Source of the DNA: Promethearchaeota archaeon
GTDB lineage: Archaea > Asgardarchaeota > Lokiarchaeia > Sigyniarchaeales > SOKP01
Length of the DNA: 39,263 bases
Assembly (NCBI GenBank): GCA_004524365.1
Contig: SDNL01000003.1
Span: 1-39,263 of the forward strand
Reading direction: 5' to 3'
Part shown: piece after piece, positions 27,106 through 37,047 of the stretch
How positions within the stretch are numbered: the first letter of the stretch is position 1
How the letters are laid out: the number at the start of each line of letters is the position of its first letter
The notes under the pieces: generated by a model
What the model was told of the DNA's origin: nothing
Database searches by the model: none
The model's input: the letters and a program-made list of their open reading frames with translations, nothing else
Program-made: the position numbers and the translations under genes

Positions 27106-28413
27106 ATGGTAAATATTTCATTTTTGGGAAGTTGTAGAGAAGTAGGACGTTCTGCCATACTTATTGAATCAAGTAAAGGAGACAAATGTCTTTTAGACTA
27201 TGGAGTCCGATTTAGTGAGAAAAGTCGAATGCCCGTTCAAGTCGATTTATCAAATTTAAAGGCATGCGCTTTAACTCACTGTCATATAGATCATTCGGGT
27301 GCTTTACCATTTCTTTATAAAAAACATAAAAGATTACCATTTTTTACGAATGCTCTTACATTAGAGATTGTAGATAAACTTATTAATGATATGCTTAAGG
27401 TAACTAGTTATCCATATCCATTTGGTAAGGCAGAAATTAATAGTTTGAAAGAAAATTCAGTTTTACTAGATGTTGGAGTCAAACAGAAGATTGCTGATGA
27501 TTTTTTCATAACATTTTACAATGCTGGACACGTTCCTGGGAGCGTTTCTATATTAGTTGAGGTAGATGGTAAAAGAATTTTATATACTGGAGATATTAAT
27601 ACTAATCCTACAAATCTTATTAATTCAGCAAATCCGAAAAATATCCCCAAAATAGATTGCGCGATTATAGAATCCACCTACGCTTTAAGAGACCATTCTC
27701 CTCGAATAGAAACAGAAAAAGCTTTCACTGAAGAAGTGATAAATATAACTGATAACGGGGGTAGAGTATTAATTCCTGCATTCAGCGTAGCAAGATCGCA
27801 AGAAGTTTTTATGATCTTAGAAAAATTTAATTACAAAAAACCTCTTTTCCTTGATGGAATGGCAACTTTAATATCAAAAATTTATTTAGATCATCCCTAT
27901 TCATTACAAGATAGAAATTTATACCGTAAAGCACTGAGCAAAGTAAACTTTGTAAACAGGAGAAGAAAAAGAGCAAAAGCAAAAAACACGAATGGAACTA
28001 TAATCTCGCCCTCAGGCATGGTCAAAGGGGGTTCCGTGCTAAATTATATTAAATCCTTTCTTAAAGATCCAACTTCCGCTATATTTCTAGTTGGGTACCA
28101 AGTAGAAGGTACTCCAGGAAGAGGCCTTTTAGATAATAACATCTTTAAATTTAAGGAAAAAAATGAACATAGAAAAACTGATTATAATTATAATATCAAA
28201 GCTAAATGTAAAGTCGCATCCTATGATTTTTCAAGCCATTCAGATGGGAAAGGACTACATAATTATGTAGAAGAATTAAATTTCACTGATAATGCAAAAG
28301 AAATATTCTGTGTCCATGGAGATAATAAAGCAACAACTACCTTCGCAGGAGAATTAGCAGATAAAGGTTATACATCAGTTGCCCCAGAAAGTGGAGAAGT
28401 TTATAGGATTTAA
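27106..28413 (+). CDS. MBL-fold beta-CASP ribonuclease (aCPSF2-like, no KH domains)
   Basis: EVGRSA, LDYG, THCHIDHSG, AGHVPGS, YTGD, ESTY, FSSHSD and VHGD motifs. Confidence 0.92.
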   Translation: MVNISFLGSCREVGRSAILIESSKGDKCLLDYGVRFSEKSRMPVQVDLSNLKACALTHCHIDHSGALPFLYKKHKRLPFFTNALTLEIVDKLINDMLKVTSYPYPFGKAEINSLKENSVLLDVGVKQKIADDFFITFYNAGHVPGSVSILVEVDGKRILYTGDINTNPTNLINSANPKNIPKIDCAIIESTYALRDHSPRIETEKAFTEEVINITDNGGRVLIPAFSVARSQEVFMILEKFNYKKPLFLDGMATLISKIYLDHPYSLQDRNLYRKALSKVNFVNRRRKRAKAKNTNGTIISPSGMVKGGSVLNYIKSFLKDPTSAIFLVGYQVEGTPGRGLLDNNIFKFKEKNEHRKTDYNYNIKAKCKVASYDFSSHSDGKGLHNYVEELNFTDNAKEIFCVHGDNKATTTFAGELADKGYTSVAPESGEVYRI

Positions 28414-28497
28414 TGGGTTCAAGAGATCTACAACTTTATACTTTCATTTTAATACATTTGCTATTTGAAGATAATGTTTTATTCTTCAATGATCTTC

Positions 28498-30003
28498 TTA
28501 TGAATTATTTATTTGATCTCCTATTACTTTATTAATGTTTTCAAGAAAAAGGTTTATTTTCTCCGTAGGAACTTTAGTACCTGCTGCGGGAGGATGACCC
28601 CCTCCTAACGCCTCTAATTTAGATACTTTTAATGCTTTCCTTATTGCTTCTGATAAATTGACACCTCGTTTTACCAAGCTTTTATGTGCTCTAGCAGAAA
28701 TTTTAAATGCATCCTCATTCTTGCGTTTAGCATATCCAAAAAGGGGTTTATTAAGTTTAAGAATCTCATTTTCATCAAAAATTAAAATAGAGGCAACTGT
28801 ACCTACAATATTATCCGATATTTTATCCTCTCCATCATAATATTGAATATAATCCTTTTCCTTTATTTTATTTTCTTCTTTTAACCATCTTATGGCGTCC
28901 ATAAGAGATTTTCGATATTCTTTTAGGTTTTTTTGAGCCTTTTGATATATTGAGTTCCTATTCCCCATAGCGGTTGCAATACCAATCGAAGCATTGTTCA
29001 TTCGTCCACAAGCGTTCAATAAGTTTGAAAATTCACCAATATCGTATAGATTTGAATCCTTTTTTTCATTTTTTAACAGATAACGATTAACAATAAGTTT
29101 TTCTAAAATTTCATAAGGTTCTATATCTAATTTTAAAGAAGCATATTCTACTAAACCTGAGGTTATTTTTTGTTTTTCTTCTTGAGTTAGATCCATTAAA
29201 GTTTTAATTGTATCATCTGAATTTTCTACTTCAACTTCAAGTTTTTTAAGGAACTTTAAACTTTTATTCTCATCTCCACTTAATCCCGGTAATTTTATAT
29301 CTGTAGAGTATGCTAGTGCTTGATTAACGGGTTTAAGAGTCGAAAAATTGAGATCATTTACAATCTCTATCAAATCTTGTTGTTTTGCATCCTCCAGAAT
29401 TTTTGCATTAAGTCCGATAAATGATTTATTAGGCCCTTGATTTTGAATATCACCATTCGCTCCAACGAGGGCGATCGTTGAAAGGTCGATATTAGCCTCA
29501 TTCATTTTTTTTGCAAATAGATAAGAAATCCCAGAACCAGAGATTTCAGAAGAACCGTCAAACCCATAGAAATAGGGATTAATATGCCATTCTTTAGTTT
29601 CCATATAAATCTCATCTATTTTTTCTAATTGATCCTTACTAGAAATTCCTTGAGGAATATGGTGATCTAAAATAAAAAAGGGAACATTTATTTTATTCTG
29701 AAGTTCATGATATTGTCCACTCCCGAAATCTGAGAAAATAATAAGGTTATCAGCGTTATTAGTCTCAAGAGCGATATTCTCAATATTTTCTCTTTCTAAT
29801 TGTTTAATTACTGTTATTTGAAAAGGAATGTCTTCTCGATAGAGAGCTTTCCCAAGAATAGCTCCTGCAGATAATCCATCCGCATCTAAATGGGTGTAAA
29901 TTTTAATAGGTGATTCTAATAAATTATATTTTTCGAAAAAAGAGTCTATTATATTTCCTAAATCAGAATTCAACTGTTTAAAGTTATCATTAAAACTATT
30001 CAT
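28498..30003 (-). CDS. recJ: DHH family RecJ/Cdc45-like protein (archaeal GAN/HAN type)
   Basis: HLDADGLSAG, SDFGSG, LDHH, INPY, NACGR and DHHA1 GGGHPPAAG motifs. Confidence 0.9.
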   Translation of the reverse strand: MNSFNDNFKQLNSDLGNIIDSFFEKYNLLESPIKIYTHLDADGLSAGAILGKALYREDIPFQITVIKQLERENIENIALETNNADNLIIFSDFGSGQYHELQNKINVPFFILDHHIPQGISSKDQLEKIDEIYMETKEWHINPYFYGFDGSSEISGSGISYLFAKKMNEANIDLSTIALVGANGDIQNQGPNKSFIGLNAKILEDAKQQDLIEIVNDLNFSTLKPVNQALAYSTDIKLPGLSGDENKSLKFLKKLEVEVENSDDTIKTLMDLTQEEKQKITSGLVEYASLKLDIEPYEILEKLIVNRYLLKNEKKDSNLYDIGEFSNLLNACGRMNNASIGIATAMGNRNSIYQKAQKNLKEYRKSLMDAIRWLKEENKIKEKDYIQYYDGEDKISDNIVGTVASILIFDENEILKLNKPLFGYAKRKNEDAFKISARAHKSLVKRGVNLSEAIRKALKVSKLEALGGGHPPAAGTKVPTEKINLFLENINKVIGDQINNS

Positions 30004-30226
30004 ATTTTGATTGAATTAATTTTACTATTATTTTCATTTTTAACCATATGAAATAAATAAAAAATCTACAAACTCATTATTGAAGAAAAACCTATATTTT
30101 TATTTTCTTTGTATAATGAATTATATTTTCTATTATTTAAAGTAATTAAAAAAAATAATAAGTTACTACATTAATAATTACGAAAAAGAAAAAATAAAAT
30201 TAATAAATATAATCAAAAATATCTAC

Positions 30227-30242
30227 AAAAAAACTTAAATAA
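30227..30242 (+). promoter_or_regulatory. Putative BRE-TATA promoter of mch
   Basis: AAAAAAACTTAAATAA about 50 nt upstream of the ATG; the AT-rich background lowers specificity. Confidence 0.4.
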
Positions 30243-30289
30243 TGAAGAGACTTATAACAATAAAAAAACATAATGTGTGAAAAAATCAT

Positions 30290-31288
30290 ATGCATCATGT
30301 AAAAGTAAATAGCTTGGCTAGAAATATTGTAAACAAAATTATTGAAAATAAGGAATACTATGGGGCAGAAATAAAGAAACTGGAAAATGGAGCAACTGTT
30401 ATTGGAATGAAGAAAGGTACATGGGAAGGAGGGAGATTAGTTGGAGAAATCTGTATGGGAGGATTGGGGACTGTTGACTTTACACACTTCACTATTGATA
30501 ATCATTATATTCCCGCTGTTAATGTCTATACATCTTATCCAATAATTTCTTGTATGGCTTCACAATTAGCCGGTTGGAGCGTTAAAATAAAAAAGAAAGT
30601 TGAGAAAGATGGGGAAATAAAGAAAAAGAAAGTATTTGATTCCTTAGGTTCTGGACCCGCTCGAGCTAAAAGTAAAGTAGAAAAATTATTTGAAGAAATT
30701 GATTACCAAGATGATTCAGATTGTGCAGTTATCGTTTTTGAAACCTCAAAAGCACCCAATGAAGAAGTTATGGGACTAGTTGCCGATAAATGTGGAGTCG
30801 ATACATCGGAAACATATGCCGTTTATGCTCCGACCGCGTGTTTAACGGGTTCAATTCAAGTTGCTGCAAGAATAGTAGAAACAGGGATTCATAAATTACA
30901 TGAGATTAAATTTCCTTTGGAAGTCCTTCAAGATGGTTTTGGAACAACAACTATTGCTCCAATTGCAAAAGATGATTTAGGTGCTATGGGGCGAACGAAT
31001 GATTCACTGATCGCAGGTGGAATGACTTATTATACAATTAAAGCTGATAAGGAGGAAGAACAAGAATTATTTGAGTTAATTCGAAAAGACGGTCCTGCTA
31101 ATACATCATCGAGTTATGGAGATCCATTCCTTAAAACATTTAAAGATGTAAATTATAAATTTTATGATATTGACCCGGGTTTATTTGCCCCTGCAACTTA
31201 CACAATCAATAACCTTAAGACGGGACATTCCATTTCCGCAGGTTTAAAGAACTTGGATTTATTAAAAGAATCATATAAATTAGATTAA
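30290..31288 (+). CDS. mch: Methenyltetrahydromethanopterin cyclohydrolase
   Basis: EICMGGLG, CMASQLAGW, GSGPARA, GSIQVAARIVETGIHK, AMGRTND, FYDIDPGLFAPA. Confidence 0.96.
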   Translation: MHHVKVNSLARNIVNKIIENKEYYGAEIKKLENGATVIGMKKGTWEGGRLVGEICMGGLGTVDFTHFTIDNHYIPAVNVYTSYPIISCMASQLAGWSVKIKKKVEKDGEIKKKKVFDSLGSGPARAKSKVEKLFEEIDYQDDSDCAVIVFETSKAPNEEVMGLVADKCGVDTSETYAVYAPTACLTGSIQVAARIVETGIHKLHEIKFPLEVLQDGFGTTTIAPIAKDDLGAMGRTNDSLIAGGMTYYTIKADKEEEQELFELIRKDGPANTSSSYGDPFLKTFKDVNYKFYDIDPGLFAPATYTINNLKTGHSISAGLKNLDLLKESYKLD

Positions 31289-31362
31289 AAGAAGCAGAAT
31301 TTCTAACTTATTTTTTTTTTATCTTAAATAAAAATCAGGAAATGCTAATTAAAGCTTTTATA

Positions 31363-32457
31363 TTAAATGCTAGTTAATTCTTCCTTATACTTAATAATTT
31401 CAGCGTTAGATACATCTCTATCAAAGGTAATCTCTTTCTGAATACCGAGATAGGCAACAGCAAGTTTAGCAGCCGCCACAATTTCCGCTTTTTTTAGAGT
31501 TTTCGAATACTCTTCGCTGGAGCTATAATTATTTACATCAAATGATGATTTCTGGTAATTATCCTTATTGAGATTAAAAGAACGTTCAGTTTTCATAGAA
31601 TGAAGCAAACTAGCCATTTTATCTGCCACGATAAAAGGTAAATTATTTTTTGTTATTAACCGTGTAATATTGTTTACATCAAAATAATTTAAACTATCGA
31701 ACTTAGCTCTCAAATAGCTTTTAAGATTATCAGAATTAAGTTCACATTCCATCTCTGTCCAATCATGAATACCAAGGCGTCTTCGAAAGAAGATTAACTC
31801 CCAGTCAATTCCGAGTTCCTTTAAAAACTCTAAAAGTTTATCTCCATTAATCACTTTTGATTCTATAATAATATACAATTGAAGACCATAATATTGATGT
31901 TCTTCTTTAAGAAAGAGCCCTCGTTGTTGCATAGAAGCCAATATCTTCAATTTTATGGAAAATACATTTTCAGATAAATTTCTTTGAACACAAGTTAGAT
32001 ATTCGACATTTCCTTCTTCTTTACTATAATTACAATCGAGAAATCCCAAAATGCTTTCATTATTTTCTTCTACAAAATTTATTAATCCATTGAGGGTAGG
32101 TTTTACATCAAATTTCACTAAATCTTTTTCCCCAATGGTAACATAATCTGTTTTATTCGCTCCAATACCCAATTTAATCATATTTAACTCTAAGCCTTTA
32201 TCGTCTCCAAACACTTTTTTAATCGCGTCATTGATTGGAAATACTTCTTCCTCTAAGATCTTCATTTCTGCCATTGTACTTTCATAAGGCTCTGGATTTT
32301 TAAGGTATTTATTCAAGATCGGGGCTTCTGACGCATCAACCTCAATTTCATAATCCTTTGCTAAATTCTTCCTTATGACAGTAAAGAACCGATTTTTACG
32401 ATTATAAATAGTAAGTGCTGTATTTTTATCGGCGACTGCTCTAAATTTTTCTGTCAT
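31363..32457 (-). CDS. Hypothetical soluble protein
   Basis: Long ORF with normal composition and no recognised motif. ATG32457 is preferred; a TTG at 32511 is possible. Confidence 0.75.
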   Translation of the reverse strand: MTEKFRAVADKNTALTIYNRKNRFFTVIRKNLAKDYEIEVDASEAPILNKYLKNPEPYESTMAEMKILEEEVFPINDAIKKVFGDDKGLELNMIKLGIGANKTDYVTIGEKDLVKFDVKPTLNGLINFVEENNESILGFLDCNYSKEEGNVEYLTCVQRNLSENVFSIKLKILASMQQRGLFLKEEHQYYGLQLYIIIESKVINGDKLLEFLKELGIDWELIFFRRRLGIHDWTEMECELNSDNLKSYLRAKFDSLNYFDVNNITRLITKNNLPFIVADKMASLLHSMKTERSFNLNKDNYQKSSFDVNNYSSSEEYSKTLKKAEIVAAAKLAVAYLGIQKEITFDRDVSNAEIIKYKEELTSI

Positions 32458-32595
32458 CTTCTTCTCTGTTCTGTCGGAATTGGGATTTTTACGACGAATG
32501 GTTAATATCAACTATTTTTTATGGTTATTAAAGTAATAAAAATTTATCTATATATGTTTAATGGATATATGTTATAAAAAAAATACCCTTTATAA

Positions 32596-32775
32596 TTATT
32601 CTAATTCTGATCTCAAAAAATAATCATCATTTTTCTTGATATAGGTGATTTCAGAACCGAAATTATTAATTACGGTATATTCATCACCATTTACCTCAAT
32701 CAATTCCAGAGAATATGGTAATCTTCTCTTTTCGGTTATCTCTTGAATAATTCTTTTCTTTTCTGCTGGTTCCAT
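32596..32775 (-). CDS. Small hypothetical protein (about 59 aa)
   Basis: MEPAEKKRIIQEITEKRRLPYSLELIEV...; fills an intergenic gap, has protein-like composition and is co-oriented with the downstream ORF. Confidence 0.65.
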   Translation of the reverse strand: MEPAEKKRIIQEITEKRRLPYSLELIEVNGDEYTVINNFGSEITYIKKNDDYFLRSELE

Positions 32776-33050
32776 GTTTTTTATAATAAGGCATCTCAAA
32801 AAAAATTTTTGTTCTATTCTATTAGTTTTTTTAGGAGTAGAATCCTAAATTATCCATTGATTTCCCATTTTTTCTCCTAAAAAAACCATTATCAAAACTT
32901 CAACTTTTTTAAATAACTAATTAGTTGAATCTATAAAGCAAATGAATTTGAATATATTTAAATGAAGAATGATTATTCTATTAAGTAAAATTGCACTATT
33001 AATTTGTTAGGAAGTAATATATGAAGATTTTCGCATTAAAATTCCTTTTT

Positions 33051-33066
33051 AAAAAAGTTTATTAAG
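33051..33066 (+). promoter_or_regulatory. Putative BRE-TATA promoter of the glycosyltransferase
   Basis: AAAAAAGTTTATTAAG upstream of the ATG at 33136. Confidence 0.4.
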
Positions 33067-33135
33067 TTCGGAATTATTTAATTAAATAATTATCTAGATA
33101 AATTAATGTCCAAACATCAATAGAAATGATCAACC

Positions 33136-34380
33136 ATGGTAAGGGAACGATTAAGTATTGGCATGTATTCGTGCCTATATAGTCAAATTAACGGCAGTGC
33201 GCATGCTGTTCGATTTTTAAGCGAAGAGTTAGCAAAATTAGGACATGATGTTCACGTATTTGCTCCACGTATTGTAAATGGACACCAAAAACCCAAACAT
33301 CTTCATTATCATGATTTAGGAGGTGCTCGTGTTGCAGATTCAACGGGTTTTATATTAAGTTTCCCACTTCACCAAGCATTTGCCCCTGCCCCCAATTATT
33401 TAGATGTAGCACATATTCAAACCCATGTTTCGATAGGTGCATTAGCAATTCATTGGGCAAAGAGAACGGGAACACCAATCATTGGATCCCATCATTCGCC
33501 AATGACTTATTACACGAATAACATCCCTATCATTGGTAAGTTTCTCATGAAAAATGACCTTATTTGGCGATATGAAAGATTAATGATGGAAAAATATGAT
33601 CTCTGTCATGTCCCGACACCTACAAAAAAAGAAATGCTTTTAAATTATCGTTTTAAGGAACCTATTGTTGCTCTCACCAATGGTATACGAGATTATTATT
33701 TTAAAAATGTTAATTGTAATGGAATTCTCGAAAAATATGGAATTAAAGGCAAAAAAGTTATGCTTTATGCATCCCGATTAGCCCCAGAAAAACATCCTAT
33801 AAGAATTATTAAATCATTTAAACGAATTCACAAGCGAGTACCAGATGCGCACTTATTACTTGTGGGTTCAGCAGGACCTTCATCAAATGCAGTAGAAAGA
33901 ATTGTTAAAAAAAGAAAATATAGAGATTTTGTCTCATATGGAGGAAGAGTTTCTTTTGAAGATTTAGTCAAGCTTTATAATGCTGCAGATATATCAGCTT
34001 TATGGTCTTGGGTTGAAGCAGAGGGTTTAGTATTGCTAGAGGCAATGGCTCAAGGAACTCCCAACGTAGGAACAAATGCAAGCGGAATAGCAAATGTAAT
34101 CCGGCATGGAGAAACAGGATTCTTAGCAAATGATTTACAAGAGTTTGAAGATTATGTTGTTAAATTATTAAAAGAGGACGATTTAAGGGAACAATTCGGA
34201 AAAAATGCTCGAAAAGTTGCTGAAGATTACAGATTAGAAAATGTTGCTCGTAAATGGGTGGAACTATACAAATTAACAAGAGATCAACTTTACCCTTTAA
34301 GATACCACGGAGAAGAAAGAGCCGAACGAGTAGAAATAACTAAAAACTTCGCCAGAAATGAAAAAAGTATATATTTCTAA
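33136..34380 (+). CDS. Glycosyltransferase family 4 (GT-B)
   Basis: NGSAHAV..LAKLGHDVHVFAP, SRLAPEKH and EAEGLVLLEAMAQGTP (E-x7-E) motifs. Confidence 0.93.
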   Translation: MVRERLSIGMYSCLYSQINGSAHAVRFLSEELAKLGHDVHVFAPRIVNGHQKPKHLHYHDLGGARVADSTGFILSFPLHQAFAPAPNYLDVAHIQTHVSIGALAIHWAKRTGTPIIGSHHSPMTYYTNNIPIIGKFLMKNDLIWRYERLMMEKYDLCHVPTPTKKEMLLNYRFKEPIVALTNGIRDYYFKNVNCNGILEKYGIKGKKVMLYASRLAPEKHPIRIIKSFKRIHKRVPDAHLLLVGSAGPSSNAVERIVKKRKYRDFVSYGGRVSFEDLVKLYNAADISALWSWVEAEGLVLLEAMAQGTPNVGTNASGIANVIRHGETGFLANDLQEFEDYVVKLLKEDDLREQFGKNARKVAEDYRLENVARKWVELYKLTRDQLYPLRYHGEERAERVEITKNFARNEKSIYF

Positions 34381-34577
34381 TTTATTAATATAATTTTATT
34401 AAGTCATTTTTTACCTAAAAAGTCATTCTATTGTTTTTCATTCTATTTAATATAATCTAAATCATTTTTTATTACCTATTTATGCGAAAAAATAAAAAAA
34501 AATAATTATCATCATAATTTTAGTTATTTAATTATTACTTAAACCATCAAAATTTTCTACTTAGAGTTAATTTAACC

Positions 34578-35606
34578 ATGTCTGATGATAAAGAGAGAGA
34601 AGTGAACGATAATCGTAATGAAAATCGTGAGAAAGTTGATAAAGAAGCGATTCCGCATTTTTTTCCTACATTTCGAATGAAAAGAACATTATACCCCATC
34701 CCAATCATTATCACAATGCTAGGAGCAGGCATATTAGCATATTTATCATATATCGTAGCAGGAATTCAAATAGAAGGAGGATATTTTTCTGAAGCTGAAT
34801 TTGGATTTATTGCTGCACTACTCAATGGATTAATTTTTACTGGAATAGCCGTTGGCTCAGCCTTTTTAATCGTTATCATAGTGAAAAAAAAAGGGGTTAA
34901 TGCCTTAAAATATATATTTGGAATTAGTTTACTTCTTATTGGCATATTAGAAACCATTTTTTTTGGTGAGATAATTTTATTCCTATTCTTCAATTCTATT
35001 CCTGAGTTTCCAACTATTCAGCTTACCTATAATATATCCTATTATATAATGATAGCTTTGATAGTAATATTTAATATTTATATGATTTATAGGTATTTTA
35101 CGACTGTAAGCATTATAATAAAGAATTTTATTGTAATTTATATTGGGCTTATCACAGGCGCATTGATGGGAATTGTGATGCCTCCTTGGACCACAATCGC
35201 AATATTGGTGGGCATTTCGCTCTATGATATCTATGCGGTTCTTCATAAACACGGTCCAATTAAACAAATGATTGATCTTATTACAGAAAATGAGGAGGAA
35301 GATGATCAAATTGAAGAAAGGATTAAAAGTGGCGAAGTAGAGTACGATACCTCTAGCTTAGAATTAGGAATTGGTGATTTAGTATTTTATTCTATGTTAA
35401 CTTCTACCGCATTGGTTATTAAGAATCTTTTCTTTTTAGAAAACTTAATCATTACTTTATTATCAGGGGTTGCTATAATAATTGGGGCGGCAATTACCAT
35501 TCATAATTTGAAAAAAAATAAGATTCTTCCTGGATTACCGATTTCCATATTTCTTGGCTTAGCAACTATGCTTATCTCTTGGGCAATCTTCGCTTTTATC
35601 CTCTAA
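34578..35606 (+). CDS. Presenilin-family (A22) GxGD intramembrane aspartyl protease
   Basis: YD motif (ISLYDIYAVL), GxGD (LGIGDLVFYS), PAL-equivalent LPGLPISIFLGL; about 9 TM helices with an acidic loop between the two catalytic helices. Confidence 0.92.
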   Translation: MSDDKEREVNDNRNENREKVDKEAIPHFFPTFRMKRTLYPIPIIITMLGAGILAYLSYIVAGIQIEGGYFSEAEFGFIAALLNGLIFTGIAVGSAFLIVIIVKKKGVNALKYIFGISLLLIGILETIFFGEIILFLFFNSIPEFPTIQLTYNISYYIMIALIVIFNIYMIYRYFTTVSIIIKNFIVIYIGLITGALMGIVMPPWTTIAILVGISLYDIYAVLHKHGPIKQMIDLITENEEEDDQIEERIKSGEVEYDTSSLELGIGDLVFYSMLTSTALVIKNLFFLENLIITLLSGVAIIIGAAITIHNLKKNKILPGLPISIFLGLATMLISWAIFAFIL

Positions 35607-35620
35607 TTAATAGGATCTAT

Positions 35621-35633
35621 AAAAACTTATAAA
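35621..35633 (+). promoter_or_regulatory. Putative BRE-TATA promoter of the small wHTH gene
   Basis: AAAAACTTATAAA about 60 nt upstream of ATG35695. Confidence 0.4.
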
Positions 35634-35694
35634 AATCATATAATTATTCAATATGTAAAAAATAAAATTACAAAAAAATCCTCTATTTTGAACA

Positions 35695-35964
35695 ATGTCC
35701 GATTCATCTAGTCCCGGGTTCGAAAAACTCGTAAAATTTATCAATAATTCTCTTGAAGTAAATTCTCCAGTTGATATAGCGGAAATTGAAAAGAAAACTG
35801 GTTTATCTTGGACTTATGTCAAGCGTTTACTAAACCAACTGAAAAAGCAAGATTATATAGGATTTCATTTCGAAAAGATTGGAAATTCTTGGGCAATCTG
35901 GAAGAGCCGGGAGCATATTATCAAACCAATGGATGATACATGTGGGAGATTTTTAGAAGATTAA
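35695..35964 (+). CDS. Small winged helix-turn-helix protein
   Basis: VDIAEIEKKTGLSWTYVKRLLNQL (HTH) followed by the beta-hairpin FHFEKIGNSWAIW. Confidence 0.75.
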   Translation: MSDSSSPGFEKLVKFINNSLEVNSPVDIAEIEKKTGLSWTYVKRLLNQLKKQDYIGFHFEKIGNSWAIWKSREHIIKPMDDTCGRFLED

Positions 35965-35971
35965 TATAAAA

Positions 35972-36769
35972 CTATCTTCTTAATATTTTTTTCTGAAAGA
36001 ACCGTATTGTCTCTCCTTTTGGGGTAAAGGGAGCAATATGGGCTAAAAATGATTCAGGAATATTTATTGCCATCTCTTCAACGAGCCATCGTCTTAAAGA
36101 AAGACTAAGTATATTATGAGGAATTGTTTTCCGCGCAAATGTGTCCCAAATTCCCATTATTGCATCTGCTTCAGGTTTTTTCTTCATTTTAAGGGGGTAA
36201 TTCAATAAACTCATGCATCCTGAACCTGCTGCAGCTTTTACAGCGTAAGGAATATGCCTCTCGTAATTCATTAGGGTAATTAATTTTGCCATTTTATTTG
36301 GAGTTACGAAAAATAGAATGAATTCAATATTTTGGTTATCTGGAATTTCTTCCAAATTTTGGTACACAATATATCTAAAATTCTTGATTCCCTCAACTGT
36401 TCCGGGATCTTTTATTGTTTTTACAGCAACAGGTATATTTTTTTTAAAATGTTCTGCGCGACCACCAAGAACATCTTCTTTCCCATGGGTAAGGAAATGA
36501 GCCCATCCTGTTGGTACTTTCTTTCTGAATCCCGACCAAAATTGTCCTCCCGGACATCCAATACCTTCTTGTATGATACTGGACCCTCCCTTTTTTGAGG
36601 CTTTAAAAACATGACCTACAATACATCTTCTAAAAATTTTTCCTTGAGTTTTAGTTTTCCCATCGGGCATTTTATTTGAGAAATACATTCCTAATGGGTA
36701 ATAGTTAAGATTCATATATTCCATGAATCGGTGCGCTATTTTTGTGTTTGATAAATTAGTTTCATCCAT
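35972..36769 (-). CDS. DUF169 family protein
   Basis: LNYYPLG, GCPGGQFWSG, ILFFVTPNKMAKL, GSGC and MGIWDTFARK pattern. Confidence 0.75.
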   Translation of the reverse strand: MDETNLSNTKIAHRFMEYMNLNYYPLGMYFSNKMPDGKTKTQGKIFRRCIVGHVFKASKKGGSSIIQEGIGCPGGQFWSGFRKKVPTGWAHFLTHGKEDVLGGRAEHFKKNIPVAVKTIKDPGTVEGIKNFRYIVYQNLEEIPDNQNIEFILFFVTPNKMAKLITLMNYERHIPYAVKAAAGSGCMSLLNYPLKMKKKPEADAIMGIWDTFARKTIPHNILSLSLRRWLVEEMAINIPESFLAHIAPFTPKGETIRFFQKKILRR

Positions 36770-37047
36770 TTTATTTACTAAATTTTTTATAGCTAATATG
36801 TTCTATATTACTATTCAATTAAATAAAGATATTTATCAAAATAAAAAGAATTTAGGTATAAAAAATAAAACTATCAAATATGAAATAGGTAAAAAAAAAA
36901 TAATAATAACAAGAAAAATAAAAAATAAATCAGAAATTATTTTTTAGAATATTTCGATTCTAAAAAGTGCTTTCCTCACTTTAAAATATATTCCTACACA
37001 ATCTTTTTTGGTTTTTTCGAATTTTAAAAATTAAAATTTGTTTAAGA

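Noticed and set aside
31363-32457. Possible degenerate PD-(D/E)xK nuclease (TD...FLDCN)
   Set aside because: The catalytic Lys is absent and the pattern is too weak to support by eye.
36723-36947. 74-aa K/I/N-rich ORF
   Set aside because: It overlaps the start of the DUF169 gene and reflects A-rich intergenic sequence.
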